Below, in pieces: positions 8,406 through 17,008 of a DNA stretch of 32,000 nucleotides. Numbering within the stretch: the stretch's first letter is position 1; each line of letters begins with the position of its first letter. This stretch comes from Pyrobaculum calidifontis JCM 11548 (GTDB lineage: Archaea; Thermoproteota; Thermoprotei; Thermoproteales; Thermoproteaceae). Below the pieces are notes generated by a model, which worked only from the letters and a program-made list of their open reading frames with translations, did not search any database and was not told the origin of the DNA. The DNA is taken from NCBI RefSeq assembly GCF_000015805.1, contig NC_009073.1, positions 60,001 to 92,000 on the forward strand, written 5' to 3'. A program made the translations under genes and the position numbers.

Positions 8406-8777
8406 TTAGTGATGGGGCTCCGCCTCGTTTGGCCGCGTTTCTACCTCCTTGTAGCTTACCGCGAGCAGTATTTGGTCTAGCTTTGTGGAGACCTCTCTGA
8501 GGACTTTTGCCACGTCGTCAGACGTTTGGCTCTTCTGCAGCGCCTCCACCGCCGACTTAAGTTGTTTAACTACGTCAACTAACTCGTCTAGTCTACGGAA
8601 GGCGCGCAGTACGCCGTCGACATCTTCTCTAAGCTGATCCACCTTCCGCATGTTTACGTAAAGCGCTAGCACTATGGCGTCCTGTAGCTCTAGCCTCTTC
8701 TTCTTCTCCAATTTCTCAAAGGCCTCAGCCGCCAACATCTTTATCGCCGCCTCTGCCTTCTTTATGTAATCTTCCAC
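8406..8777 (-). CDS. Hypothetical coiled-coil protein
   Basis: 123-aa charged, heptad-like helical sequence. It lies 14 bp downstream of the deacetylase-like gene on the same strand, so they are probably co-transcribed. Confidence 0.55.
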   Translation of the reverse strand: MEDYIKKAEAAIKMLAAEAFEKLEKKKRLELQDAIVLALYVNMRKVDQLREDVDGVLRAFRRLDELVDVVKQLKSAVEALQKSQTSDDVAKVLREVSTKLDQILLAVSYKEVETRPNEAEPHH

Positions 8778-8791
8778 GAAGAGCTGTAACC

Positions 8792-9589
8792 CTATTTTTT
8801 AAAAACACTACTTACAACGCGCCTCACCTCGCGCAAAGCCTCTTCACTCTCCTCGCCAGGCGCCGGCTCTGCTCCTCTGCCAGCGACGCCCGCCAAAAGG
8901 CTCCCCAACGCCGAGGCGAACACCTTAGGCGTAGAGGTACACTCTATAGATATGTAGAACTGCCGCCCCCTAAGCGCTTCCCCAAGCTTGTAGAAGAGGT
9001 ACTCGCCAGCGAAGAAGTGCCCCGTGGGGTCTTCCCTATGTATATCAAAGCCAAGGTGTATTGCCAAGGGTCCCTCCGCCTTTAGCACGTGGGATATGGC
9101 CAGCCAAAAGCTCCTGTCCCCGGCGCCAGGCGGCATGGGAATGGCCACTGCCTTGTGTCCACGCCTATGTATATACCTCTGAGGGGGGCCGTCGGCGCCG
9201 CCGTATATTAAATACAGCGGAAATTTATACTCCATATGCGCCTCCCACGTGCCGCGCGGAAAGTGGCCGTCTATAGACACAACAGCGGCGCCTAGCTTCC
9301 TCGCTATATAGACAACGGCGTTGAAGAAGTGGCCACCTCTAGCCGCGTGGGGCCCCGCCATCATTGTGCCACCTATGTAAAACACCGCCTGCCTCTTGCC
9401 CAAGGCGGCGTTAGCCACGGCAACGGCCAAGAGCGGGCGCTCGCCAGCCCTCTTGGCAGCCCGCAGAAAGATCTCGCTGTGCACAAGCAGTAAGTCCTCC
9501 CAGGCGCCCACCCCTTCCACAGCCTCCGCGCCCATTTCTCTCAACGCCTTGGCAGGCCACTCGTCGAATTTGACATGTGTAAGCAACAC
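8792..9589 (-). CDS. Divergent histone-deacetylase/AcuC-like (arginase-deacetylase fold) protein
   Basis: 265 aa. Has LLLVHSEIFL, GPHAARGGHFFNAV (compare GHHA..GFCxFNN), VVSIDGHFPRGT (compare DxDxHHGDG) and LGFDIHREDP (compare GxDxxxxDP). GTG start. Confidence 0.5.
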   Translation of the reverse strand: MLLTHVKFDEWPAKALREMGAEAVEGVGAWEDLLLVHSEIFLRAAKRAGERPLLAVAVANAALGKRQAVFYIGGTMMAGPHAARGGHFFNAVVYIARKLGAAVVSIDGHFPRGTWEAHMEYKFPLYLIYGGADGPPQRYIHRRGHKAVAIPMPPGAGDRSFWLAISHVLKAEGPLAIHLGFDIHREDPTGHFFAGEYLFYKLGEALRGRQFYISIECTSTPKVFASALGSLLAGVAGRGAEPAPGEESEEALREVRRVVSSVFKK

Positions 9590-10564
9590 GGCAACACTAC
9601 GCCAGCTATAAATAACTGCGACAACAAAGATAAATACCGCAGTGGTTATGGCCTCAATGCAGGGGTTCTAGAACTAGAGAAGAGGCTCTACGAACTGCTT
9701 AAAAAGCGGGCAAAGTACAACGTCCCGCCGCTCATCGACGGCCCCCTTGCCACAGTCATAGCTGCCGAGGTCGGCAAATTGCACAAGCCCACTGTGGCCT
9801 ACCTCGGCCCAGAGCGCTCATTCACGTGGGAGGCGGCAGTCGCGCTGTTTCCCCACGGCGTGTATAAACCGGCTAAAACCATCACCGACGTGTTTAAGGC
9901 CGTTGAGGCCGGCGACGCGTTGTACGGAGTTGTCCCATTTATAAACAGCCTAGAGGGGCCCGTGGGGGAGACCGTAGACGCCTTAGCCACCCACGACTTG
10001 AAGATTGTGGCAATGGGCGAGCTTAGGATTGTGCTCTGCTTGGCAAAGAAGGGCGTGCCGCGTGTTGTTTATACGCACCCCCACGCGGCGGCGCAGGCGC
10101 GCAGAGCGCTACAAGCCCTAGGCGCAGAGGTGGTCTACACCGCGTCGACCTCGGAGGCGGTTAGGGAGTTCGAGAAATGCGACAACTGCGCCGTCTTAGC
10201 TTCTCCAAAGGCGTTGGAGGGCGTGGAGAAGACCTGCGGCGTTGAAGACGCTGAGAGCTACACGAGGTTCGCAGTAGTTTCGCGAGAAGGCGGCGTGGGG
10301 GAGAGGGCGCTACTCATATTCGCAGTGCCAAACGTCCCCGGGGCGCTCCACAAGGCGCTGGGTCCCCTCGCGAGGCGCGGGATAAACATGACCCTGATCT
10401 ACTCCAGGCCCACGAAGCTCTCCCCCTGGGACTACTACTTCTTGGCGGAGGTGCAAAGCGGCGAGGGGCTGGAAGAGGCCTTGGAGGAGATGGGCCACTA
10501 CACCACAATGCTAAAAGTGGCGGGCAGATACAACATAGTCACAATACAGCCAACTCAGCCCTGA
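9575..10564 (+). CDS. pheA: Prephenate dehydratase with a C-terminal ACT domain
   Basis: Contains VAYLGPERSFTWEAA, VPFINSLEGPVGETVDAL and ESYTRFAVV. The ACT region is ALLIFAVPNVPGALHKALGPLARRGINMTLIYSRP. The start is uncertain: ATG 9575 overlaps the divergent gene, and an internal TTG just before VAYLGP is possible. Confidence 0.8.
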   Translation: MCKQHGNTTPAINNCDNKDKYRSGYGLNAGVLELEKRLYELLKKRAKYNVPPLIDGPLATVIAAEVGKLHKPTVAYLGPERSFTWEAAVALFPHGVYKPAKTITDVFKAVEAGDALYGVVPFINSLEGPVGETVDALATHDLKIVAMGELRIVLCLAKKGVPRVVYTHPHAAAQARRALQALGAEVVYTASTSEAVREFEKCDNCAVLASPKALEGVEKTCGVEDAESYTRFAVVSREGGVGERALLIFAVPNVPGALHKALGPLARRGINMTLIYSRPTKLSPWDYYFLAEVQSGEGLEEALEEMGHYTTMLKVAGRYNIVTIQPTQP

Positions 10565-11090
10565 CGCCTTCTAGCGCCTTCTCAACCTCCTCACTAAACT
10601 GCACCTTTTCCCTCAAGCGTTGCACATAGTCAACCACGGCTGATACAAGCTCTACCACTGCCCTCGCCGCCTCCTCCCTTGTGCGGTACTTGATCAACGC
10701 CATGTCTGGGTCTGGTCCGTGGTATTGGTAGTCGTGGAGATTTAGCGCCAAATTCGTCCACGCAGACACATCTCGGTACCCCAATTCTCTCAACATCTGC
10801 GAAAGCGGTATCATCTTCGTAGTGGGGACTCGGGGCACCGCCCTCTCCTCTAGCCACCTCCTCTCCTCTTCTGTCTTTGCCAAGGCCTTCAGCCGCTCTA
10901 GCTCAAGCTTGAGGAGGACCGCCAGCACAGTCCTCCACGCCTGGAAGGCCTTTCCAGCCGCGTTGCGAGTAAGGCCGCGTCTGAGGAAGTCAATGGCAAG
11001 CTTGGTCTCCACCAACGCTTCGAGTAGGCGGGCAGAGGCGTAGTCGGCGGAGGAGGGCTTTGGAAGAGGTCTCTCTATGGCTTCGTACAT
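10539..11090 (-). CDS. All-helical PaREP1-like protein (Pyrobaculum-type repeated family)
   Basis: 183 aa. The segment LRRGLTRNAAGKAFQAWRTVLAVLL resembles what I recall of the PaREP1/PaREP8 family. This assignment is from memory, not from a search. Confidence 0.45.
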   Translation of the reverse strand: MYEAIERPLPKPSSADYASARLLEALVETKLAIDFLRRGLTRNAAGKAFQAWRTVLAVLLKLELERLKALAKTEEERRWLEERAVPRVPTTKMIPLSQMLRELGYRDVSAWTNLALNLHDYQYHGPDPDMALIKYRTREEAARAVVELVSAVVDYVQRLREKVQFSEEVEKALEGVRAELAVL

Positions 11091-11123
11091 GGGGTTTATG
11101 GTCGGCTTTGTTTATGAGCTAAG

Positions 11124-11133
11124 TGTTATAAAG
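11124..11133 (+). promoter_or_regulatory. TATA box (TGTTATAAAG) for the AOR gene
   Basis: Centred about 23 nt upstream of ATG 11152. This supports the shorter start. Confidence 0.45.
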
Positions 11134-11151
11134 GGGGCCTCCCTCTTTTTC

Positions 11152-13044
11152 ATGTATGGTGTGGCTGGTGCCGTTGTATATATTGATCTCTCAACTGGGC
11201 GCGTTGAGAAGATAAAGTTGGGGGAGGAGGTTTATAAAAAGTTTTTGGGCGGTGTGGGGCTTGGCGCTTGGTTCCTCCTTTCTAGAATGGCGAAGGGCAC
11301 GGACCCCCTGGGCCCTGGCAATGTGCTTGGATTTGTCTCAGGCTTGTTGAATCTTTCCAACGTGCCTCTCGCAGGGAGGTTTATGGCGGTGGGCAAGTCG
11401 CCTCTCACCGGCGGCTGGGGAGACGCAAACGCTGGCGGGAGGTTTGGCCCCAAGCTTAAGGAGGCTGGGTTTGACGCAGTTTTCATTTGCGGCGTTTCTG
11501 AGAAGCCCGTCTACATACTTATCGAGAACGGCGAGGTGTACATAGAATCTGCGGCAGATCTGTGGGGGAAGACGACGAAGGAGACCGAGGACGAGCTTAG
11601 GCGGAGGCACAGGGGGGCGCAAGTGGTATCCATAGGCCCCGCCGGGGAGAAGCAACAGTTGGTGGCGGCTATTATAAACGAGTACGGTAGGGCTCTGGGG
11701 CGGTCGGGCCTTGGAGCAGTTATGGGGAGCAAGAGGCTTAAGGCCGTGGTAGCAGTTGGAGACAAGCGCGTCGAGGTCTACGACAGAGATCTTCTGAGAC
11801 AGAAAATTGTGGAAATAGTCCAGCTACAGAAGGGTCCCCGCGCCAGGGCGGCGGAAATTTGGCACAAGTATGGGACCTTATACACGCTGGAGCCCAGCAT
11901 ACTCTCCGGCGACACGCCTCTGTACAACTGGAGGGGGCTGGGCTACGAGGAGGTGAAAAGGCTGGCAGAGGTCTACAAAGCAGACTACTTCATTAAGGAC
12001 AATGTAAAGCCGTATGCCTGCGCCTCGTGTACTGTGGCATGCGGCGCGTTGATTAAAAGCCGCACCAAGTATGGAGAAGTGGAGGGCCACAGAGCTGAGT
12101 ACGAAACCGCCTCTCTCTTTGGCCCAGCGCTACTAAACCTAGACCGCGACTCCGTGGTGTATATAAACGAGCTCTGCAACCTCTACGGCCTTGACACCAT
12201 CTCCACGGCCAACGTAGTGGGCTTTGCCATGGAGCTCTACGAGAGGGGGGTATTGAGCGAGCGCGAAGTGGGCTTTCCACTGAAGTGGGGCGACGCCGAG
12301 GCGGTTATAAGGCTGGTGGAGCTCATTGGAAAAGGCGAGGGGATAGGCAGAGTCTTGGGCCAGGGGGTGAAAAAGGCCTGTGAAATAATTGGCAAAGGCG
12401 CGTGTGAGTATGCCATGCACGTCGGCGGCCAAGAGCTCCCGGCGCATCACGTGAAATATCTGCCGGGCCTAGCGGTGACGTATGTGGCAGACCCAACCCC
12501 GGCGAGGCACACAGCCGGCGGCGTACACTTCATGGGAGAAGGTGGCAGATCTACGTGGACACAGTTCGACTTTGGGATAAACTTTGGCAAAGTAGAAAAG
12601 TACGCCTACAAAGACAAGGGCAGAATAGCGGCTGTGTACGCAAAGGCGGCTCAGGTGGAAAACTCGCTGGGGTTCTGCGCATTTTCATCTCAAGTGGTAT
12701 TCCGCACGTTGCCCTACGTGGAGTTGATATATGCCTTCACCGGCCTCAAATTTACGCCGCAGGAGTTGCTAGAGGTGGGCCACAGAATACAGACAATGCG
12801 CAAGCTATTCAATATAAGAGAGGGCGTAAACCCCACCCAGTGGAAACTGCCAAAGAGGGCCCTGGAGTACCCCAAAGAGGGCCCACTCTCAGACGTAAAA
12901 ATGACGGAAGAAGACGTGGAGCTCATGAGGCGCGAATACTACGAGGAAATGGGGTGGGACCCGGCCACCGGCGCGCCGCGCAGAGCCACGCTGGAGAAAC
13001 TCGGCATACTAGACCTCGCAGAGGGCCTAGACCTCCCCCCGTAG
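11152..13044 (+). CDS. aor: Aldehyde:ferredoxin oxidoreductase family enzyme (tungstopterin, 4Fe-4S)
   Basis: From ORF 11077..13044, trimmed to MYGVAGAVVYIDLSTGRVEKIKL (630 aa). Has the typical AOR N-terminal domain (GGVGLGAWFL, GKSPLTGGWGDANAGGRFGPKLKEAGFDAVFI) and the C-terminal domains (ACASCTVACG, DTIS, LGFCAF). Confidence 0.9.
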   Translation: MYGVAGAVVYIDLSTGRVEKIKLGEEVYKKFLGGVGLGAWFLLSRMAKGTDPLGPGNVLGFVSGLLNLSNVPLAGRFMAVGKSPLTGGWGDANAGGRFGPKLKEAGFDAVFICGVSEKPVYILIENGEVYIESAADLWGKTTKETEDELRRRHRGAQVVSIGPAGEKQQLVAAIINEYGRALGRSGLGAVMGSKRLKAVVAVGDKRVEVYDRDLLRQKIVEIVQLQKGPRARAAEIWHKYGTLYTLEPSILSGDTPLYNWRGLGYEEVKRLAEVYKADYFIKDNVKPYACASCTVACGALIKSRTKYGEVEGHRAEYETASLFGPALLNLDRDSVVYINELCNLYGLDTISTANVVGFAMELYERGVLSEREVGFPLKWGDAEAVIRLVELIGKGEGIGRVLGQGVKKACEIIGKGACEYAMHVGGQELPAHHVKYLPGLAVTYVADPTPARHTAGGVHFMGEGGRSTWTQFDFGINFGKVEKYAYKDKGRIAAVYAKAAQVENSLGFCAFSSQVVFRTLPYVELIYAFTGLKFTPQELLEVGHRIQTMRKLFNIREGVNPTQWKLPKRALEYPKEGPLSDVKMTEEDVELMRREYYEEMGWDPATGAPRRATLEKLGILDLAEGLDLPP

Positions 13045-15153
13045 CCCCTCGGCCAGCATCTGCCTAGCCTGCTCAATCACAGACTCCGCCAGTTTTTCCC
13101 CAAAGCCCGGCAACGAGGCAATCTCTCTAACGGTAGCCCTGGCTATGTCCTCAAGCGTCCTGTAGCCAAAGTTGTAGAGCGTGCGGGCCCTGACGCGCCC
13201 CACCCCCCTGAGAGAGGTCACTAGGCCTAAGAGCTCCTCCCTCACCCCGTACACCACCCTCGCCGTGACCACCTCAAGCCTCTTCCCGTGCTCCTCGCGG
13301 CCCACGAGACGCGCAAGCTTGGCCGCGGCGTTGCCAAGCCACTGGAACAAATCCACGTACACCCTCAAATCGCCCGGAGCCACGTCGAACTTCTCATATA
13401 TCACGTCCTCGTCGACTTCCTCAATCCACGCCATGAGCATAGACGCGGTCCGGGCCAAGTCCTCAAACTCCTCGTCCTCCTCCACATCCAACGCCGCGAG
13501 GATTCCCTCTACCACACGCTTGTCCGCCCTGCCCCTCCTCACCCTGGGGAAGTCGGGGGCTGTCAAGACCACGTAGAGGTAGGCAGGCACGTTCCCCGCC
13601 CTCAGCGACTTGATCAGCCGTATGTAGCCGGCGGCCACCTCTGGATCTAGGTAAAGCCTAGCCACCTGTCTCCCAAGCTCCGTGGCATATACAAAGTCGC
13701 CGTCTCGCTCAAGGAAGCCCCACTCCACTAACTCCTCCACCACGCCGCCGATCTTAGACCTGAGGATAGACAACTTGAGCGAGGTCTTCATCTGCGCCGC
13801 GCCCAGGGTGTTGGAGAAGAAGTCCACAAGGTCGTCTAGAGACTTGGCGTAGCCCCCGCCCACGGCGCCCAGCACGTGGGCCCTGAGGTTGGGCTCAGCC
13901 AAGATGTGGGAGCGGACCCCCTCCACTTGCCCCCTCACATAGCGCTCCATTAGGTACTCCGCCTCCCCCTTGCTCCTCGCCACAAGCACAGCCTCGCCGT
14001 ATGGATCCAGGCCAGGCCTCCCCGCCCTCCCCGCCATCTGCCTATACTCAAGCACGGGGATCTCCTCCCGGCCAAGCGCTGGGTCAAAGCGCTCGTAGTC
14101 GGCGACCACCACACGCCTCGCCGGGAGGTTGACCCCGGCCGCCAGAGTCGTGGTAGACACCACCACCTTGAGCAAGCCCCTCCTAAACCCATCCTCCACA
14201 AGCCTCCTCACCTCTAGCTCAAGCCCCGCGTTGTGGAACGCCACCCCCCTCGCCACAAGGTCGGCGAGCTCTCTGCCAATGATCTTGCTAGAGGACGCCT
14301 TGAGGACCTCCTCGGCCAGCGCCTTGGCCCCCCGCGGCACAAGGCCGGCCGCCTCCATGGCCTTCGCCACGGCCTTGGCCAGTCTGACGGTGGAGCTCCT
14401 GCTGTTGGTGAAGACCAGGGCCTGGCCCCCGCCTGCCACCGCGTCCACAGCCAAGGCCACCTCCGCGTCCCCCGGCGCGTTCACGCGTTGCATGGAGCCG
14501 TCGGAGAAGCGGATCACCCCGCCGTGGTACACACCCTCTCTGAGGGGCACTGGCCGCCAGCTAGACTCCACAAGCCTAGCCCCAAGCCACGCCGCCACCT
14601 CCCCCGCGTTCCCCACAGTGGCGCTCAAGCCGATGAACTGGGTTTTTAGGCCGAGGTGCCTCAGCTTAGCCACAATAGACTCGAGGACGGGCCCCCTCCT
14701 CGGGTCCCCCAGGTAGTGAATCTCGTCCACCACCACGACGCCCACGAGCCCGAGCCAGTTCGGCCTATGGCGCAGGAGGCTGTCCAACTTCTCATACGTA
14801 ACCACCACCACGTCAAACTCGTGGAGCCGCCTGTCGTCCGAGTCAAAGTCGCCGGTAGACACCCCCACTTTCACAAGCCCCCTGTAGTAGGAGAAGTGGA
14901 CAAGCTTCTCATAGGCAAGAGCCTTGAGGGGCACAGCGTAGAGCGCCATGCGCCCCTCCAAGCCCGCCTTGACCGCCGCCACCTCGGCCAAAAGCGACTT
15001 CCCCGAGGCAGTCGCCGTACATAACAAGACGCTCCTCCCGTCAAAAATCCCGGCCCTCACCGCCTCCACCTGAGGCGGAAACAGCCGCCCCACCCCACGC
15101 TCCTTAAGCACGGCAATGAGCCTGGCGTCCAGAGGAAGCTCAGAGACCTCCAC
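13027..15153 (-). CDS. hel308: Hel308/Hjm (Ski2-like) DNA helicase
   Basis: Contains CTATASGKS (Walker A), VVVDEIHYLGD (DEIH), SATVGN and YRQMAGRAGRPG, plus a C-terminal HhH-like region LPGFGEKLAESV. I chose the GTG at 15153 (VEVSELPLDARL) because TTTTTATAGG on the minus strand (15167-15178) lies just upstream. ATG 15162 and ATG 15204 are alternatives. Confidence 0.9.
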   Translation of the reverse strand: MEVSELPLDARLIAVLKERGVGRLFPPQVEAVRAGIFDGRSVLLCTATASGKSLLAEVAAVKAGLEGRMALYAVPLKALAYEKLVHFSYYRGLVKVGVSTGDFDSDDRRLHEFDVVVVTYEKLDSLLRHRPNWLGLVGVVVVDEIHYLGDPRRGPVLESIVAKLRHLGLKTQFIGLSATVGNAGEVAAWLGARLVESSWRPVPLREGVYHGGVIRFSDGSMQRVNAPGDAEVALAVDAVAGGGQALVFTNSRSSTVRLAKAVAKAMEAAGLVPRGAKALAEEVLKASSSKIIGRELADLVARGVAFHNAGLELEVRRLVEDGFRRGLLKVVVSTTTLAAGVNLPARRVVVADYERFDPALGREEIPVLEYRQMAGRAGRPGLDPYGEAVLVARSKGEAEYLMERYVRGQVEGVRSHILAEPNLRAHVLGAVGGGYAKSLDDLVDFFSNTLGAAQMKTSLKLSILRSKIGGVVEELVEWGFLERDGDFVYATELGRQVARLYLDPEVAAGYIRLIKSLRAGNVPAYLYVVLTAPDFPRVRRGRADKRVVEGILAALDVEEDEEFEDLARTASMLMAWIEEVDEDVIYEKFDVAPGDLRVYVDLFQWLGNAAAKLARLVGREEHGKRLEVVTARVVYGVREELLGLVTSLRGVGRVRARTLYNFGYRTLEDIARATVREIASLPGFGEKLAESVIEQARQMLAEGLRGEV

Positions 15154-15206
15154 GCCACACATAACACCTATAAAAAGAAGTACAGTGCATACTGCAAGGC
15201 ACACCG

Positions 15207-15218
15207 AAAAACATTTTA
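15207..15218 (+). promoter_or_regulatory. TATA-like box (AAAAACATTTTA) for the five-gene surface operon
   Basis: Centred about 27 nt upstream of GTG 15240, in the 86-bp divergent gap shared with hel308. Confidence 0.4.
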
Positions 15219-15239
15219 GGAACTCGACATATAGGGCAT

Positions 15240-16571
15240 GTGGAGGCAGTGGAAGTAGTCCTAGTCTCGGGGATACTCATCGGCTTCATCCTATTCCTAT
15301 TCACCCTAACCCCCCAACAGACAGAGCTCTACGCAGTGGCCCAGCCAGCCCTCATGAACCTCGCCCAACAGGCGCTAGACCGGGCAATCCTCATGCAGGG
15401 CAACATCACCACGAGGCGCGCAGACGGCTGGACCATCGTCGACCTAGCGCTATCGGCCCAGAGGCCCCTCTACCAGCCCCAGATCGATTCGGCTAAGCTA
15501 GGCGCCCTCGCCGCGCCAGCGGCCCAAGGCCCCACATGCGTAATACGACAACAGAAGCTCGTCGAGGCTTCAGGGATATCCCAAGGAGTCTTAGTGGGCT
15601 ACGGGGTCTTAGCCCCACGCCAGTCCTACGCCTGCGACTACGAGGCAATACTGAAGAACTTCTTCGGCCCCGCCTGGGACAAGTACGACATGACCCTCGT
15701 GCTAAAGCCCCTGGTGAACCTCACCATATGCCCCAACTACCCCGTCGGCTCTGTCACAATAAGACGCAACGACCCCATGTGCGCCAAGGTGCCGTTGGGC
15801 AAGATTTGGGTGACCTTAAACGCCACTGGGACAGCCGTCAACGGAACTGTGGTGGTAACGGTAATCCACTGCCCAGTGGGCGGAGAGTGCCAGATAGCCA
15901 GCGCTGAGGGCTACTTCAAGTTCGACCCTAACTTGCGCCTGTACTACTACGACGTCACGGGCCTATTGGCGCAATATCTGCAAGACGTCCCCCAGGGCGC
16001 CGGGGTGGCGGCCTTTGCCCAGAAGGTGGACTACCCCAAGGCCTTCGACTTCTGGCTATTCAACGTCAGCAACAGGCCCCTGGTGTACGGCTTCTACACG
16101 CCGGACGGCCGCGTGTGGATAACCCACGACGCGACGGTTAGTTGCGGTTCGGGGAACACCCCCGCCTTGGGCATAAGGAGGCTGGACGCGTACACGGGAG
16201 CCGGCTTTACAAACCTAGCCCAAGACGCCGTGCTAGACCCGGGGCAGGGCCAGGGACAAGTGAAGGTGGACCAGTGTAGCAAGTGCGTAGGCAATGCCAG
16301 ATGCGCCGCGTGCTACGTAACGCCGCCCCCCGGCTCGCTCTTCATGGTGGTGTGGGTTGAGAGAAACAGCCAGGGGGGCAACGCGCCAGAGGGCACAATG
16401 GTGATTATACCCCTCGCCCCCACGCCGCCCAAGGCCCCCGTCAGAGTGGACACGTGGCGCTGCCGGGGCCTCCAAAGCCCGCCGCAGACCCAGAGCGCAG
16501 TGGCCACTAGGGTAGTGGACAGCCAAGCCGCCACATACGCGGCGGAGCTCACTCTGTACAAGTGGCCATGA
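15240..16571 (+). CDS. Operon gene A: secreted or anchored glycoprotein with a pilin-like N-terminal helix carrying Glu5. Function unknown.
   Basis: 443 aa with a GTG start. The N-terminus is (M)EAVEVVLVSGILIGFILFLFTL. There are five N-x-S/T sequons (NIT, NLT, NAT, NGT, NVS) and several Cys. I recognise no domain. Confidence 0.8.
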   Translation: MEAVEVVLVSGILIGFILFLFTLTPQQTELYAVAQPALMNLAQQALDRAILMQGNITTRRADGWTIVDLALSAQRPLYQPQIDSAKLGALAAPAAQGPTCVIRQQKLVEASGISQGVLVGYGVLAPRQSYACDYEAILKNFFGPAWDKYDMTLVLKPLVNLTICPNYPVGSVTIRRNDPMCAKVPLGKIWVTLNATGTAVNGTVVVTVIHCPVGGECQIASAEGYFKFDPNLRLYYYDVTGLLAQYLQDVPQGAGVAAFAQKVDYPKAFDFWLFNVSNRPLVYGFYTPDGRVWITHDATVSCGSGNTPALGIRRLDAYTGAGFTNLAQDAVLDPGQGQGQVKVDQCSKCVGNARCAACYVTPPPGSLFMVVWVERNSQGGNAPEGTMVIIPLAPTPPKAPVRVDTWRCRGLQSPPQTQSAVATRVVDSQAATYAAELTLYKWP

Positions 16572-17008
16572 AGTGGGTAATAGAGCTGGGCCTCTCGGCA
16601 ATGGTCGTGGGCCTTGTGTTCTACGTAGTATCCGCTGCGGCGCCGGCCCCAGCGTACATAGCCGCGGAGCGGGAGGTCACAGCCAACGCCTACTTCATAC
16701 TCCTCAGGCTGACCGCAGACCCCCACTTCATGAGCGCCCTGGAGAGGGCCGTGTGCCAAAACGACACGAAGGCGGTGGCCGCCATGTTGAACGCCACAAT
16801 CCCCGTGCGGTACTACTACAACTTCACGGTGTACCTAGACGACGAGAGGCCGCCCTCCTGCCTCGCGTGCGCCAAGTGGTCCCAGAGGCTTGCCACCGCG
16901 TCCAGGCCACGAGGCCTCCCGCAGAGCGGCGCCAGCGTGGCCGCCGTGTCGGCGCTCCTCAGCGACGGCACGAGGGTAAGGCTGACTCTCTCGCTGGATA
17001 GGCCATGA
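16568..17008 (+). CDS. Operon gene B: small pilin-like protein
   Basis: I chose ATG 16568 because it overlaps the stop of gene A as ATGA (16568-16571), like the other junctions. GTG 16562 is the alternative. The N-terminus is MKWVIELGLSAMVVGLVFYVV. Three sequons (NDT, NAT, NFT). Confidence 0.75.
   Translation: MKWVIELGLSAMVVGLVFYVVSAAAPAPAYIAAEREVTANAYFILLRLTADPHFMSALERAVCQNDTKAVAAMLNATIPVRYYYNFTVYLDDERPPSCLACAKWSQRLATASRPRGLPQSGASVAAVSALLSDGTRVRLTLSLDRP

Noticed and set aside
8383-8415. GTGAAAG-12nt-CTGA-TTA-GTGATGG, which mimics a C / D' / C' arrangement at the 3' end of the 123-aa gene
   Set aside because: There is no D box at the required 12-nt distance after GTGATGG (the sequence there is TTTG). 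The first box is degenerate. This is probably chance within a stop-codon region.
11077-11151. A 25-codon N-terminal extension of the AOR ORF
   Set aside because: It would overlap the divergent PaREP1-like start. The extension is hydrophobic with no counterpart in AOR enzymes. A TATA box sits 23 nt upstream of the internal ATG 11152.
13181-15024. Several 120-195 aa plus-strand ORFs inside hel308 (13181..13576, 13288..13650, 14129..14716, 14233..14649, 14656..15024)
   Set aside because: These are typical high-GC antisense shadow ORFs, rich in Ser, Pro, Arg and Thr and without motifs. The opposite strand encodes an unmistakable helicase.
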